Source: Clostridia bacterium (GTDB lineage: Bacteria; Bacillota; Clostridia; Christensenellales; DTU072). From it: a stretch of 64,000 nucleotides of DNA. A program made the position numbers and the translations under genes. Shown piece after piece: positions 18,723 to 28,396 of the stretch (its first letter is position 1; each line of letters opens with the position of its first letter). The stretch lies in assembly GCA_045535785.1 (NCBI GenBank), contig JAZSMH010000064.1:5751-69750 (forward strand), in the 5' to 3' direction. Below the pieces are notes generated by a model. That model worked only from the letters and a program-made list of their open reading frames with translations, searched no databases and was not told the origin of the DNA.

Positions 18723-21700
18723 ATGAGAGAGTACTTAACTAGACGTTCTTTATGGAAAACAACGCTATTTATGCTAGCGTTAGTATTGGCTATCACGGTG
18801 ATAGCTTCTATTTTTATCGCGCGCCCACATGAGAGCGCCCACGCGAGCGGATACACGTGGAGTCCTAGCGTTCGCTACAAGGACGGCGAAAGATTCGTTA
18901 CTCTTACCGATAGATCGGCGCTTACAGGCGACGTTCTTGGTGCTAGTGGCGAACTTTACTATTTTATCGAGCCCACCGACGATAACGAGCTCGATCCCAA
19001 CAACAGCTTCCATTACGTAAAGTCTTCTAACTATCTCTCTCAAGAACAACTTTACGCACTTCCTAACAGTAGCTGGACCTTGCTCGACAAGAGTACCGCT
19101 ATCCCCACCGACGATGGCAAAGGCTTCTACGTTACCGAAAGCGGTTTTAACGGCGCTTCCGACAACTATTTCTATTTCCGCCGTACCTATACCGTTAACG
19201 AAGGCGGTATACCCACCTCTTATTACGAATATTCACCTTACCGTCCTTACGTAAGAATTAATACCGCTATCAGCGAGAGCGATATAGGCGTGTATGCTGT
19301 AAAAGCACAATTCTTGCGCGGTAACAGCTACGTTGACTATACGGGTAGCTGGCTTTCTGGCGCTTTACGTATCACCGTCACCACCGTTTATATGAACGCT
19401 TATTCGGTAAGTTATAGCGGTAGCATAGAGCACGTATCGTATTCTATCGACGGCGGTAAGAACTATATTCCCGCTAGCAACAACGTTATAGAAATAAAAG
19501 ACGTTGCACTCACCAATCAAGATATACGCATTATGGTGGAGGACGTAGGCAGGACTATCAAGAGCGAGCCCTACGTTTACGGTACGCACGTGGGCGAAAG
19601 CAAAGTCAACATGGATCCCACCGTACCTAATTTTAGCGTATCCGCCACCACCACTAGCGTAACCGGTGAGAAGGTAGACTATACGAGCAACACCTGGACT
19701 AGCGAAGCTGTAAAATTCACACTCACTAACGAAAGCGCTTGTAATAGTAAGATTACGTATTATTATTCCACCGACGGTAGCGACTACGTTCCTATGGATT
19801 CCAAAGAATTGGTTATCCAGACCTCTCGCTCTTCAGTTAGATTCAGAGCGGAGAACGAATCGGGACTTATCTATAACTTCGGTACCAACTACGTAGTAAG
19901 GATCGATGGCAGACAGCCCAACGTAAACCTTACCGCAACCACCCCCGAGCCCGACGCAGGCGATGAGAACGTGGTTAAGAATTTGAGCATAACCCAAGGC
20001 GACGGTGGACTTTTGAAAGCAGGCTACGCCAACGGCAAAATCACCGTTTACGTATACAATAGAGATTTGTTAGGTAACGTAATAAATAACGAGAGTGGAA
20101 CGGTATTCTATTATCAATCGCGTTCAGCTAACGGTCAATACAGTAACTCTTGGACGAGAATGACGTCGTTAATGAGTGGCAGTAGCGAAACTTGCTACAC
20201 GATAAGCGATTCTACCACTAAGGACATAAGCATTACTAAGTATTACAAATTTAAGATCGTCAGTAACGCAGGACTAGAAAGTAGCGAGGTAGAGATGACC
20301 TTCACCCTTTTGAAGGCTTCTTACGTAATCGATATAGACAAGATTGACGCATCCGTCAACAGCTCGGGCTGGATAGCAGACAAAGCGGTAGTAAGCATGA
20401 TTATACCTACCGATAGCAAATTAAGCGAGGGCAGTTATAGCATTCCTACCACCTCTTATACCTTCTACTACGTACCCACCGACGGCACGGGTGACGAATT
20501 CGGCGTAAGCGGTAGACCGATTAAGTTCTATGAAGAATTAGACGGAGTTATCTATTGGATTTACGAATTCGACCTAGTCGCATCCGCGCACAGTACCTTC
20601 TATATCTACACGCGTAACGCTGCAGGCAAGAAGAGTGCTAACACGGTAGAAACCACCGAGAAGATTGCTATCGACGTATTAGAACCCGTGTACGAGATGA
20701 CCGCGTACGTGCTCCCTATCGAACAAGGCATTGACAAAGAAGATTACGTTTATCTCGACGTGCTCGATCCCGGTTGGGTTAACGGCTCCATCGTCCTCAC
20801 CGTCAAAGTAAAGGTAGGTGTCAGCGGAGTTTATCTAAAAGATATGGTCTATGCAAAGGATAGCAACGGCAACATCCTTACCGACACCGTAACCGGACAA
20901 ATCGTATGGCAAGAAAAGGGCACCGCGAGAGTACCTGACGAAATCATCATCGAGAACGAAATAGAGTATTACTATTACTACGTCACCATTAACCTTGACG
21001 ACAACACCATGCGCGTCATGAGTAGAGATACCAAGTTCCGTATTTATACGGGTAGCGGAATTTATAAAGAAATATCTTTCACCGCCAACATTGACACCAC
21101 CGACACGATAAGACTTAGCGAGGTTGACTTCGTAAGCGGTGAGAAGCAAATCGACGTAGCAGTAAGCGACGCTAACGGCGTAATCAACATGAACGAGTAC
21201 GATTTCTTAGTTTGCGAAGACGTAAATCTTACCTTTAGTAGTAGTCTAGACAGCGCGGAATTCGAGAATCACTACAACGTATATTACAGCCTATTCGACG
21301 GCGCGGGAATAGCCGACCTATTGACGTTCGCTTCCAATATATACGACTATGAGCTCGTAGGTGACGGCGGTATCAACGTAGATATCGAGAATGGCAAAAA
21401 AGGCACCGTTTATATCGCAATATATCTAGAAAATAAGGCGCAAGACTACAAGGGCGAAAAGAAACAATCTGGTTACTACGTAATCACCATTGAATACGAT
21501 ACCGTTAATTTGATTATCGGTTACGATATCGGTGCGTTCATGGTAGAAGGCGAGAATATTACCGACGTAAGTGAAGATATGGAAGGCGGTAGCTGGGTAA
21601 GCGGATATTTAGAAATCACCTTGAGCATCTATATCAACACCGAGGGCGACGTAAAAGCTGACGAAAGCTATACCTTCTATTATATGCAAATCGACGGCAA

Positions 21701-24700
21701 CGTAGTTAATATAAAGGACGCAGTCGCCAAAGGAACATGGATAGAAGCGTCCAACGGCTATTATACTTTGGACGGACAATACGTATTTAATATTAACTTC
21801 GTTGAAGATAGCTTCTACGGAAGACTTGCTTTCTCCGTCCGTAACGGCGCAGGATATCGCAACGTTCAAGACGCAAGCAGTGCGAAGATTATCCGTATCG
21901 ACAACACCGTACCCGACGTAGACGAAGCTATTATATATCAACCGCACGCAGACGGTAACCGTGAGGGTGTAAGAGCAGAAAAGGGCACCATATCCGTTGG
22001 CGGAACGGCAACGCAGGTTAACGTTCTTACGTATTACAGCACGGAAGAAATCTCTTTGCAGGGCGTAGTAGACAGTAACCGTTCTAATATTCATTACTAC
22101 TATAAATATCTAGCTACGGTAGACCAGGTGTCGTACAAACTTAGTGAATTAGATCAATTAAGTCAAGCAATTGATTTGTTTAGTGATATAGAAGGCGCAC
22201 AACCCTTGACCGATAACGAATACCGCGTAGTTTATTACGCAATATATGCAGTTAACTCGGTAGGTGCAGAGGCTGACGGCGCACAAGTCACCGACAGTGC
22301 CACCAACACTGTTACTTTTGACACCGTCTACTGCTTCGTATACGACAGCAACTCTCTTGACGGCGATATGAAGGCTGACGAAAGCAAGGGCTATTATAGC
22401 GAGCAGTTGAAGATGTGGTCTTACGAATGGGTAGATAGCGTAACTATCAACCTTACCGCAAGAGGTACCAACGTTTCGGCACAAGATAATTATTTGAGCT
22501 ACGAATTCAGCGTAGACGGCGGTAACAATTGGTTCGTTTATCTAGACGCAGGCGTTCAATATTGGTACGCTGCTAACGATACCGTAGGACTATATTTCAA
22601 CGCCGAGGTACTCAAAGAGTACGTTGATAAGGACGGCAATCACCCCTTTACTACAGGCGTTATGTCTGCATTCTTGTTTAGAGCAATTAACAAAGCAGGT
22701 ACGATCATGGTAATGGATAGCGTTTATATTGCTATTGACGAAACCGTTCCTGAATTTGAAATAAAGGCGGTAGACCACCTCGGTATAAACTACACAGGTG
22801 GCAGTACGGAAAGCTTATCTAGTGGCGACGAAGTATGGAAGAGTGGTCCTATAACGGTTACCATTGATATCAGCACTATGCCTACGGGCGGTGTAATCAC
22901 CACGTATTACCTCGCTTATATCGAGAACGGCAATACCGTTTATACTCGTGAAGACGGTAGCGTAGGTAAAGTTCTCAATACTCTCACCTTCACTACCGAT
23001 ATGTTAGACGGCTTCAACAAGAACCGCGACGCTATTCTTTACGTAACGGTAACGAGTAGAGCTAATTCTAACTTGTTCATGGAGAAAGCAATAAGACTTA
23101 GTGTAGACCAAGTAGTTCCCGAATTTAGCCTATTAGGACACGCGTCTAACGACGAATCTGACGCTACCCAAACTATCGTAAGCGGACAATGGACGAACCG
23201 TAACACCGTAAGCATAAGCAAAGCGGAAAAACAAGAAGGGCAGAACGTAAGTGAAGTTGTTTATACGTACACGTATAAAGATAGCACGTCTACGGGTGTA
23301 ACCGAATTCACTTGGGCTAACGAAGAGGGTAACATCACTCGTTCTAACTCTTGCGAAATCGTAGTCACCGCTACTACGGAATCAGGACTTACCTACACGC
23401 AACCTTTCATTATCAATATCGACACCGTTGCACCGAAGATTAAGTTCGACGGCAATATCAACGTAATAGAGGATCAAGAATACTACATCGACTTGAAGGT
23501 ATTCGTAGAAGAAGCTAACATTGAGATTTGCGAATACATAACCATCAAGGGCGACACGCGCGGATTTGCATTCGATCCCACCGGCTATATTTTGAGCACG
23601 AGTAGCGTAGATAACTCTATTAGATACGATAATTTAGGTAACGAATATCGTGGCTACGTAAAAGTCTACGTAAAAGACTACGCAGGCAACGAGGACACCT
23701 TCGTATTATATATCTTGCCGTTTAAGCTAACGGTAAACAACATTACGCTTAGCGACGAGGACCTAGCACAGGTAGACGAGTACGCAGCAGTACTTGCTAA
23801 GGCAAGAACGTATATGGAAAGTAGCCGTGTGGCTTACTTTGAGAATCTTATCAGCAGACTTAACGATAGAATCAATACGTTGAACAAAGAAATCACCGGC
23901 TATCAAGATTATCTAGAAAAATTAGCTAATCGTAGCAGTTTCGAATTGCGTAGCGACTATGCAGAAATGTTCGACTATCTAGAAACCTTCAACGACTACG
24001 AAGTATACGGACAAGGCTGGATACAGGACGCTATCACAGGCGACTCTACGAGCAAGTATTACGCATATTATCAGAACTTCTTAACGCAATTCGGTAAGTT
24101 AAAAGCTCTTATGGATAAAGTTGAGAAGGTAGAAACCAACGTAATAGCTCTTCCTGCTATCAACATGGTAGAAAGAGAAGACTACGAAGACATTTTGCGT
24201 ACCTACGACGAATATAAGGATCTTACTATGGATCAAAAGGCTTGCTTTACCGCTAACCTATATAACAAGCTAATGGAACTCAAAGAGTCCTGCGAGGTAC
24301 TACTACTCACCGATGGAGAATCGGGCGTTGCTATCGACGGTGACTTTGCACCGGGCGCAACCATAAGCGTAACGACTTACGATTCTAGCACCGATACCTT
24401 TACCAATGCACAAAGTTTGCTAGCTAATACCGTATCGGAGAATCAACCGCGTACCATCGTTTCTATTAGAAGAATAGCCCTCGACGGAGCATATTCGCAA
24501 ACGGTTGCAAGCGATATGGTAGTTACCTTCCCCATTCCTGAAGAATACCGCAACTACATCTACTTCGCTGTATACGAATTGAGCGACGACGGCTCTATGA
24601 AAGTGATAGAGGATACGGAAATTCAACCCGACGGCGAAAGCGTAGTATTTAGCACCGAGAAACTCGCTACTTACGTGCTATGTATCAAGGCGGAGATGGA

Positions 24701-24935
24701 AGCAACGGATACCTCGGAGAATACCTACGGTACTATAATGGGTATACAACTTGACGCAAAGATGATTAAGTACCTTATCTACGTAGGCATCGCGCTATTC
24801 GGCGTAGTAATATTGATAGTAATTATCCTAGGTATTAGACATCGTAGATTCCTCAACAGCTATAACAAGGCATACCGTCATTCGTTGTATCGTAAGGGCG
24901 TAAAGGGTATCCCTAAAGGCAACAAGAGATATTAA
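18723..24935 (+). CDS. Giant surface protein (2070 aa): signal peptide, tandem Ig-like beta domains, helical region, C-terminal TM anchor
   Basis: Signal ends 'AHA'. Recurrent 'W...V...YS.DG...N.AG...ID...P' units; C-terminal TM followed by a basic tail. Confidence 0.8.
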   Translation: MREYLTRRSLWKTTLFMLALVLAITVIASIFIARPHESAHASGYTWSPSVRYKDGERFVTLTDRSALTGDVLGASGELYYFIEPTDDNELDPNNSFHYVKSSNYLSQEQLYALPNSSWTLLDKSTAIPTDDGKGFYVTESGFNGASDNYFYFRRTYTVNEGGIPTSYYEYSPYRPYVRINTAISESDIGVYAVKAQFLRGNSYVDYTGSWLSGALRITVTTVYMNAYSVSYSGSIEHVSYSIDGGKNYIPASNNVIEIKDVALTNQDIRIMVEDVGRTIKSEPYVYGTHVGESKVNMDPTVPNFSVSATTTSVTGEKVDYTSNTWTSEAVKFTLTNESACNSKITYYYSTDGSDYVPMDSKELVIQTSRSSVRFRAENESGLIYNFGTNYVVRIDGRQPNVNLTATTPEPDAGDENVVKNLSITQGDGGLLKAGYANGKITVYVYNRDLLGNVINNESGTVFYYQSRSANGQYSNSWTRMTSLMSGSSETCYTISDSTTKDISITKYYKFKIVSNAGLESSEVEMTFTLLKASYVIDIDKIDASVNSSGWIADKAVVSMIIPTDSKLSEGSYSIPTTSYTFYYVPTDGTGDEFGVSGRPIKFYEELDGVIYWIYEFDLVASAHSTFYIYTRNAAGKKSANTVETTEKIAIDVLEPVYEMTAYVLPIEQGIDKEDYVYLDVLDPGWVNGSIVLTVKVKVGVSGVYLKDMVYAKDSNGNILTDTVTGQIVWQEKGTARVPDEIIIENEIEYYYYYVTINLDDNTMRVMSRDTKFRIYTGSGIYKEISFTANIDTTDTIRLSEVDFVSGEKQIDVAVSDANGVINMNEYDFLVCEDVNLTFSSSLDSAEFENHYNVYYSLFDGAGIADLLTFASNIYDYELVGDGGINVDIENGKKGTVYIAIYLENKAQDYKGEKKQSGYYVITIEYDTVNLIIGYDIGAFMVEGENITDVSEDMEGGSWVSGYLEITLSIYINTEGDVKADESYTFYYMQIDGNVVNIKDAVAKGTWIEASNGYYTLDGQYVFNINFVEDSFYGRLAFSVRNGAGYRNVQDASSAKIIRIDNTVPDVDEAIIYQPHADGNREGVRAEKGTISVGGTATQVNVLTYYSTEEISLQGVVDSNRSNIHYYYKYLATVDQVSYKLSELDQLSQAIDLFSDIEGAQPLTDNEYRVVYYAIYAVNSVGAEADGAQVTDSATNTVTFDTVYCFVYDSNSLDGDMKADESKGYYSEQLKMWSYEWVDSVTINLTARGTNVSAQDNYLSYEFSVDGGNNWFVYLDAGVQYWYAANDTVGLYFNAEVLKEYVDKDGNHPFTTGVMSAFLFRAINKAGTIMVMDSVYIAIDETVPEFEIKAVDHLGINYTGGSTESLSSGDEVWKSGPITVTIDISTMPTGGVITTYYLAYIENGNTVYTREDGSVGKVLNTLTFTTDMLDGFNKNRDAILYVTVTSRANSNLFMEKAIRLSVDQVVPEFSLLGHASNDESDATQTIVSGQWTNRNTVSISKAEKQEGQNVSEVVYTYTYKDSTSTGVTEFTWANEEGNITRSNSCEIVVTATTESGLTYTQPFIINIDTVAPKIKFDGNINVIEDQEYYIDLKVFVEEANIEICEYITIKGDTRGFAFDPTGYILSTSSVDNSIRYDNLGNEYRGYVKVYVKDYAGNEDTFVLYILPFKLTVNNITLSDEDLAQVDEYAAVLAKARTYMESSRVAYFENLISRLNDRINTLNKEITGYQDYLEKLANRSSFELRSDYAEMFDYLETFNDYEVYGQGWIQDAITGDSTSKYYAYYQNFLTQFGKLKALMDKVEKVETNVIALPAINMVEREDYEDILRTYDEYKDLTMDQKACFTANLYNKLMELKESCEVLLLTDGESGVAIDGDFAPGATISVTTYDSSTDTFTNAQSLLANTVSENQPRTIVSIRRIALDGAYSQTVASDMVVTFPIPEEYRNYIYFAVYELSDDGSMKVIEDTEIQPDGESVVFSTEKLATYVLCIKAEMEATDTSENTYGTIMGIQLDAKMIKYLIYVGIALFGVVILIVIILGIRHRRFLNSYNKAYRHSLYRKGVKGIPKGNKRY

Positions 24936-24946
24936 GATTATAAATT

Positions 24947-26128
24947 ATGTGTTTTTTATTCGGTAGAAAAAAGCTTCTCGCTAAGCAAGAGGAGTTATTA
25001 AGAAGAACGGAAGAATTAGAAAAAGAACTTGCGTTCACGCGTGAAAGTATAGGTCAACTTATCAGTACTACGGTGGTTACTTCCAACAACACCCTTCTTG
25101 ACGGAGTCAAGAATACTTTGCAAGCAGTCACCGACAACGTAAACAATACCCTCAAGAATAACGAGGTGCGTATTGCCGAGGTTAAGTCCGACCTAAATAG
25201 AAATCTCGCGGAAATTAGAGCGGATAACGAGAAGCGCCTTACGGAAATGCGCCAAGTTGTGGAAGAAAAACTAACCTCTACCATCAACGAAAGATTGAGT
25301 CAAACTTTCGTTACCATTAACGAAAGACTTGATGCAGTTAACAAGGGCTTAGGTGAAATGCAAAGCCTAACCACGGGCGTAACCGACTTAAAGAAAATTC
25401 TCGGTAACGTAAGGACGCGTGGGACTTTCGGCGAAATAAGTCTTTCTAACCTTCTTTCGAACATTCTCACGACCGAACAATACAAAGAGCAGTACAAGTT
25501 AAAAACGCGCGCTAACGATTTACACGATAGGAAGGTGGACTTCGTTATACTTTTACCCGGCGAAAATAAAGACGAAAAAGTACTTTTACCCATCGATGCA
25601 AAATTCCCTATGGAAGACTACCAAAGACTCGTTGCCGCATCGGAAGCAGGCGATCAAATTGCTACGCAAGAATCGGTAAAAGCCCTCGAAAACGCGGTAA
25701 AACAACAAGCAAAATCAATAAAAGAAAAATACATCGTTCCCCCGCAAACGGTGGACTTTGCGATAATGTATTTACCCATAGAAGGGCTCTATGCGGAAGT
25801 TGCACGCAACGCGGGATTGCTTGAAGAATTGCGCGCAAAATACAAAGTTATACCCGCAGGCCCCACCACTATTGCCGCGCTACTTAACAGCCTACAAATC
25901 GGTTTTAAGACGCTTGCAGTGCAGAAGTCGAGCAAAGAGATTTATGAACTTCTCGTCAAATTTAAGGGCGATTTCGTAACCTTTATAGGCAATATAGAAA
26001 AGGCGCAAACTCAAGTGGGACAAATCGGCAAAACTCTCGAAGACGCAACCAAACGTACCGCTATGATGATGAAAAAAATCGAGAAAGTAGAAGGGCTTGC
26101 ACCACCCGTACCAAGTATAGAAAATTGA
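24947..26128 (+). CDS. rmuC: DNA recombination protein RmuC
   Basis: Coiled coil, 'TRGTFGE', 'LPIDAKFPMEDY' and 'FAIMYLPIEGLYAE' motifs. Confidence 0.92.
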   Translation: MCFLFGRKKLLAKQEELLRRTEELEKELAFTRESIGQLISTTVVTSNNTLLDGVKNTLQAVTDNVNNTLKNNEVRIAEVKSDLNRNLAEIRADNEKRLTEMRQVVEEKLTSTINERLSQTFVTINERLDAVNKGLGEMQSLTTGVTDLKKILGNVRTRGTFGEISLSNLLSNILTTEQYKEQYKLKTRANDLHDRKVDFVILLPGENKDEKVLLPIDAKFPMEDYQRLVAASEAGDQIATQESVKALENAVKQQAKSIKEKYIVPPQTVDFAIMYLPIEGLYAEVARNAGLLEELRAKYKVIPAGPTTIAALLNSLQIGFKTLAVQKSSKEIYELLVKFKGDFVTFIGNIEKAQTQVGQIGKTLEDATKRTAMMMKKIEKVEGLAPPVPSIEN

Positions 26129-26129
26129 T

Positions 26130-26159
26130 AAAAAAGACGTACCGTTGTACGTCTTTTTT
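26130..26159 (+). terminator. Intrinsic terminator of rmuC
   Basis: AAAAAAGACGTAC-cgtt-GTACGTCTTTTTT. Confidence 0.8.
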
Positions 26160-26279
26160 AATGATGTAGTTGCCTAAAAGTCAACAATGATGTAATTTCG
26201 CATTCGCTCATAATGATGTTTTTCACTTCGTTCAAAATGACGTATTGTCCTGTCGGACAAAATTATGGATAAAAATTAT
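26160..26279 (+). repeat. Hairpin mini-array B (ATGATGT-type linkers)
   Basis: ATGATGT at 26161, 26187 and 26213, ATGACGT at 26237 (24-26 nt period). End motif AATTATGGATAAAAATTAT at 26261-26279. Confidence 0.85.
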
Positions 26280-26332
26280 TGTAGATAATATTATTAATTA
26301 AATTAAAAAATTGATTTTTGTAAATAAATGGT

Positions 26333-26551
26333 TTAACGTTGAATATTAAGTATATCGTCTGCTGAGCAGTCAAGTACGGTGCAGAGTTTAGATAAGGTTG
26401 CGAGAGTAGGTTGTGCGCGACCTGATAGATATTGTGATATCGTGGCGCGTGACACACCGATAGCGGACGCAATTTCACTCTTTTTTAAGCCCGACTGCTC
26501 TATCTCGCGTTTGATATTTTCCGATATAATAACGTCTAAACTCTTTTCCAT
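26333..26551 (-). CDS. XRE-family HTH regulator
   Basis: 'SEIASAIGVSRATISQYLSGRAQPTLATLSKLCTVLDCSADDIL'; AAAGGA RBS. Confidence 0.88.
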   Translation of the reverse strand: MEKSLDVIISENIKREIEQSGLKKSEIASAIGVSRATISQYLSGRAQPTLATLSKLCTVLDCSADDILNIQR

Positions 26552-26563
26552 ATTTCCTTTATC

Positions 26564-26668
26564 ATAATTTTATCCGTAATTTTTGCGCAAGCAAATACAT
26601 CATTACGAGCGTATGCGAAGTAGCATCACGTTGTCATAGACAACGCATCATTAGCGCAGCGGCATCAT
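26564..26668 (-). repeat. Hairpin mini-array C (inverted partner of B)
   Basis: Plus-strand ACATCAT, GCATCAC, GCATCAT and GCATCAT (26597, 26623, 26645, 26662). Hairpins TTTGC-gcaa-GCAAA and GTTGTC-ata-GACAAC. End motif ATAATTTTATCCGTAATT. Confidence 0.85.
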
Positions 26669-26680
26669 GTAAAAAACATA

Positions 26681-26714
26681 AAAAACCACCGAATTGCTCG
26701 GTGGCTTATTTTTT
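26681..26714. terminator. Intrinsic terminator of the leftward lipoprotein gene
   Basis: A-run, CCACCGA-attgc-TCGGTGG, then a T-rich tract. Confidence 0.6.
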
Positions 26715-26800
26715 ATTGTTTTTTTAATGGATATACCATAACACGTGTTTATTTAGTAGAGCGCACTTGAATGACCAACTGCGCCCCGACCGCCGTCGGT

Positions 26801-28309
26801 TTAATGGTTGTGACCTGCGTGATCGTCTTCGCTATCGGTAGTAGCTTCACCGATAAGGGTGAGTAGATCGTCTTCACTTATGATACCTAGGATTTTGCCT
26901 TTGGTGATATCGGTATCAGCGGTGATGGTGTCAAGCGCGGGGATTACGTAGTAGTATGCGTTATCTTCCATATCGTCGTTTAGGTAATAGATTACGTTGC
27001 CGATGATATCGTAAGTTACGTAAGAAGAATTGTATACGCCCTTGAAGAAATCAATCTTGTTTTCGTCTGCGTAAGCGTAGGTAACGATACTGCCTTCGGT
27101 AGTCTTATTGAAGAGCTTGATATAGCAGAAAGTGCTGTTTGCGATATAGTTGATATAAACTTCGCTAGCGGTTTCTACAACGTCGATTACGGTGATAGAA
27201 TCTGCGCCGAAGTCGAAAGATAGATATTTGCTTTCTTCTACTGCATCGTAAGAAGCTTTTTCTACCCTGCTACCATTTTGGAATACGTCGATAGCCTTGC
27301 CGGAGAAAGCGAGCACGTAGCCGTTATCTAAGGTATAGAAAGCGGAGTAGGTGGTGGTAGAAGTTTCGTAAGAGTATCTCAATTCTTTGGTAGCATCGTA
27401 AGCAAGGTCTGCACCGAAGGTGTAAGAATAGAAACCGTCGTTAGCACCGTTTTGGGTATTGTCGTCTTTCTTATAGAATAGCGTTAGCTTGTCGCCGTCG
27501 ATAGCAACGGAAGTAACGGTAGTGGTATAAAGAATATCTCTATCGGTGTCACCGTTGTAGATGTCACTGCTTAGTACCGCCTTTAATTGACCGTTAACTA
27601 GGTTGTATACGTATACGATATAGTCGGTGCTATAGTTAGCAGCGTCTGCATAGTTGTAAGTAGTGAAGACAGCGTAGTCGCCTACGAAAGTATAAGCAAC
27701 TGCGGTGACGTCTTCTTTACTTTCAGCGGTAGACTTAGTAAGAGTGGTGATAGCTAAGGTTTCGCTATTGATAGAGTATAGGTAGTTATCGTATGCGTAA
27801 ACTAGATACTTAGAATTGTCACCTGCGTACAACTTGATATCGTTATCGTCAAGTTCTTTGATAGTTTCGGTAACGCTACCGTCAACCTTGGTACGGCAAA
27901 GAACGCCTTGGTTTGACTTGTAGTTAAGCTCGCTATCTTTGTCAACGCTAGTGGTGTTGTAGTAGATATAATCGCCTACGATATAAAGTCCACCGTAAGT
28001 GGTATCTTCGCCGAATACGTTCTTAGGTACGATAGTGGTAACCGTAGTGTAATCGGGAGTACCGTTCTTAAGGGTAACTCTACAAATAGAACCGCGTACT
28101 ACTTCGCCAAAGGTGTTGTCTGCAGTTTCGCCTGCAAAACCGTTGACAAAATATACGTAGTCGCCATAACTAACCGCCATACCGCCGTTGTCACTTACGT
28201 CACCAGCTACGGTAGGAATTGCTTTTTGTTCGGTGTTTTCTCCACAAGCAGCTAGTACACAGCAGAGGAGAATTGCACAAACGATTGTAAAAATGATTTT
28301 CTTTTTCAT
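26801..28309 (-). CDS. Lipoprotein, probable beta-propeller (DUF5050-like), His-rich C-terminus
   Basis: Lipobox 'VLAAC', 'NGGMAVSYGDYVYFVNG' and 'GDYIYY' blade-like repeats; ends DDHAGHNH. Confidence 0.7.
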   Translation of the reverse strand: MKKKIIFTIVCAILLCCVLAACGENTEQKAIPTVAGDVSDNGGMAVSYGDYVYFVNGFAGETADNTFGEVVRGSICRVTLKNGTPDYTTVTTIVPKNVFGEDTTYGGLYIVGDYIYYNTTSVDKDSELNYKSNQGVLCRTKVDGSVTETIKELDDNDIKLYAGDNSKYLVYAYDNYLYSINSETLAITTLTKSTAESKEDVTAVAYTFVGDYAVFTTYNYADAANYSTDYIVYVYNLVNGQLKAVLSSDIYNGDTDRDILYTTTVTSVAIDGDKLTLFYKKDDNTQNGANDGFYSYTFGADLAYDATKELRYSYETSTTTYSAFYTLDNGYVLAFSGKAIDVFQNGSRVEKASYDAVEESKYLSFDFGADSITVIDVVETASEVYINYIANSTFCYIKLFNKTTEGSIVTYAYADENKIDFFKGVYNSSYVTYDIIGNVIYYLNDDMEDNAYYYVIPALDTITADTDITKGKILGIISEDDLLTLIGEATTDSEDDHAGHNH

Positions 28310-28396
28310 ATAATCTCCAAGTATAGAATACTTAATTTATAATTAATCTATAATATTATAAAGTATTTGTTTATAAATTGCAATGTTTTTTTGATA

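Noticed and set aside
26160-26668. Mini-arrays as CRISPR arrays
   Set aside because: The constant part is only 7-8 nt, spacers are 9-19 nt, self-complementary and shared between loci, and no cas genes are present.
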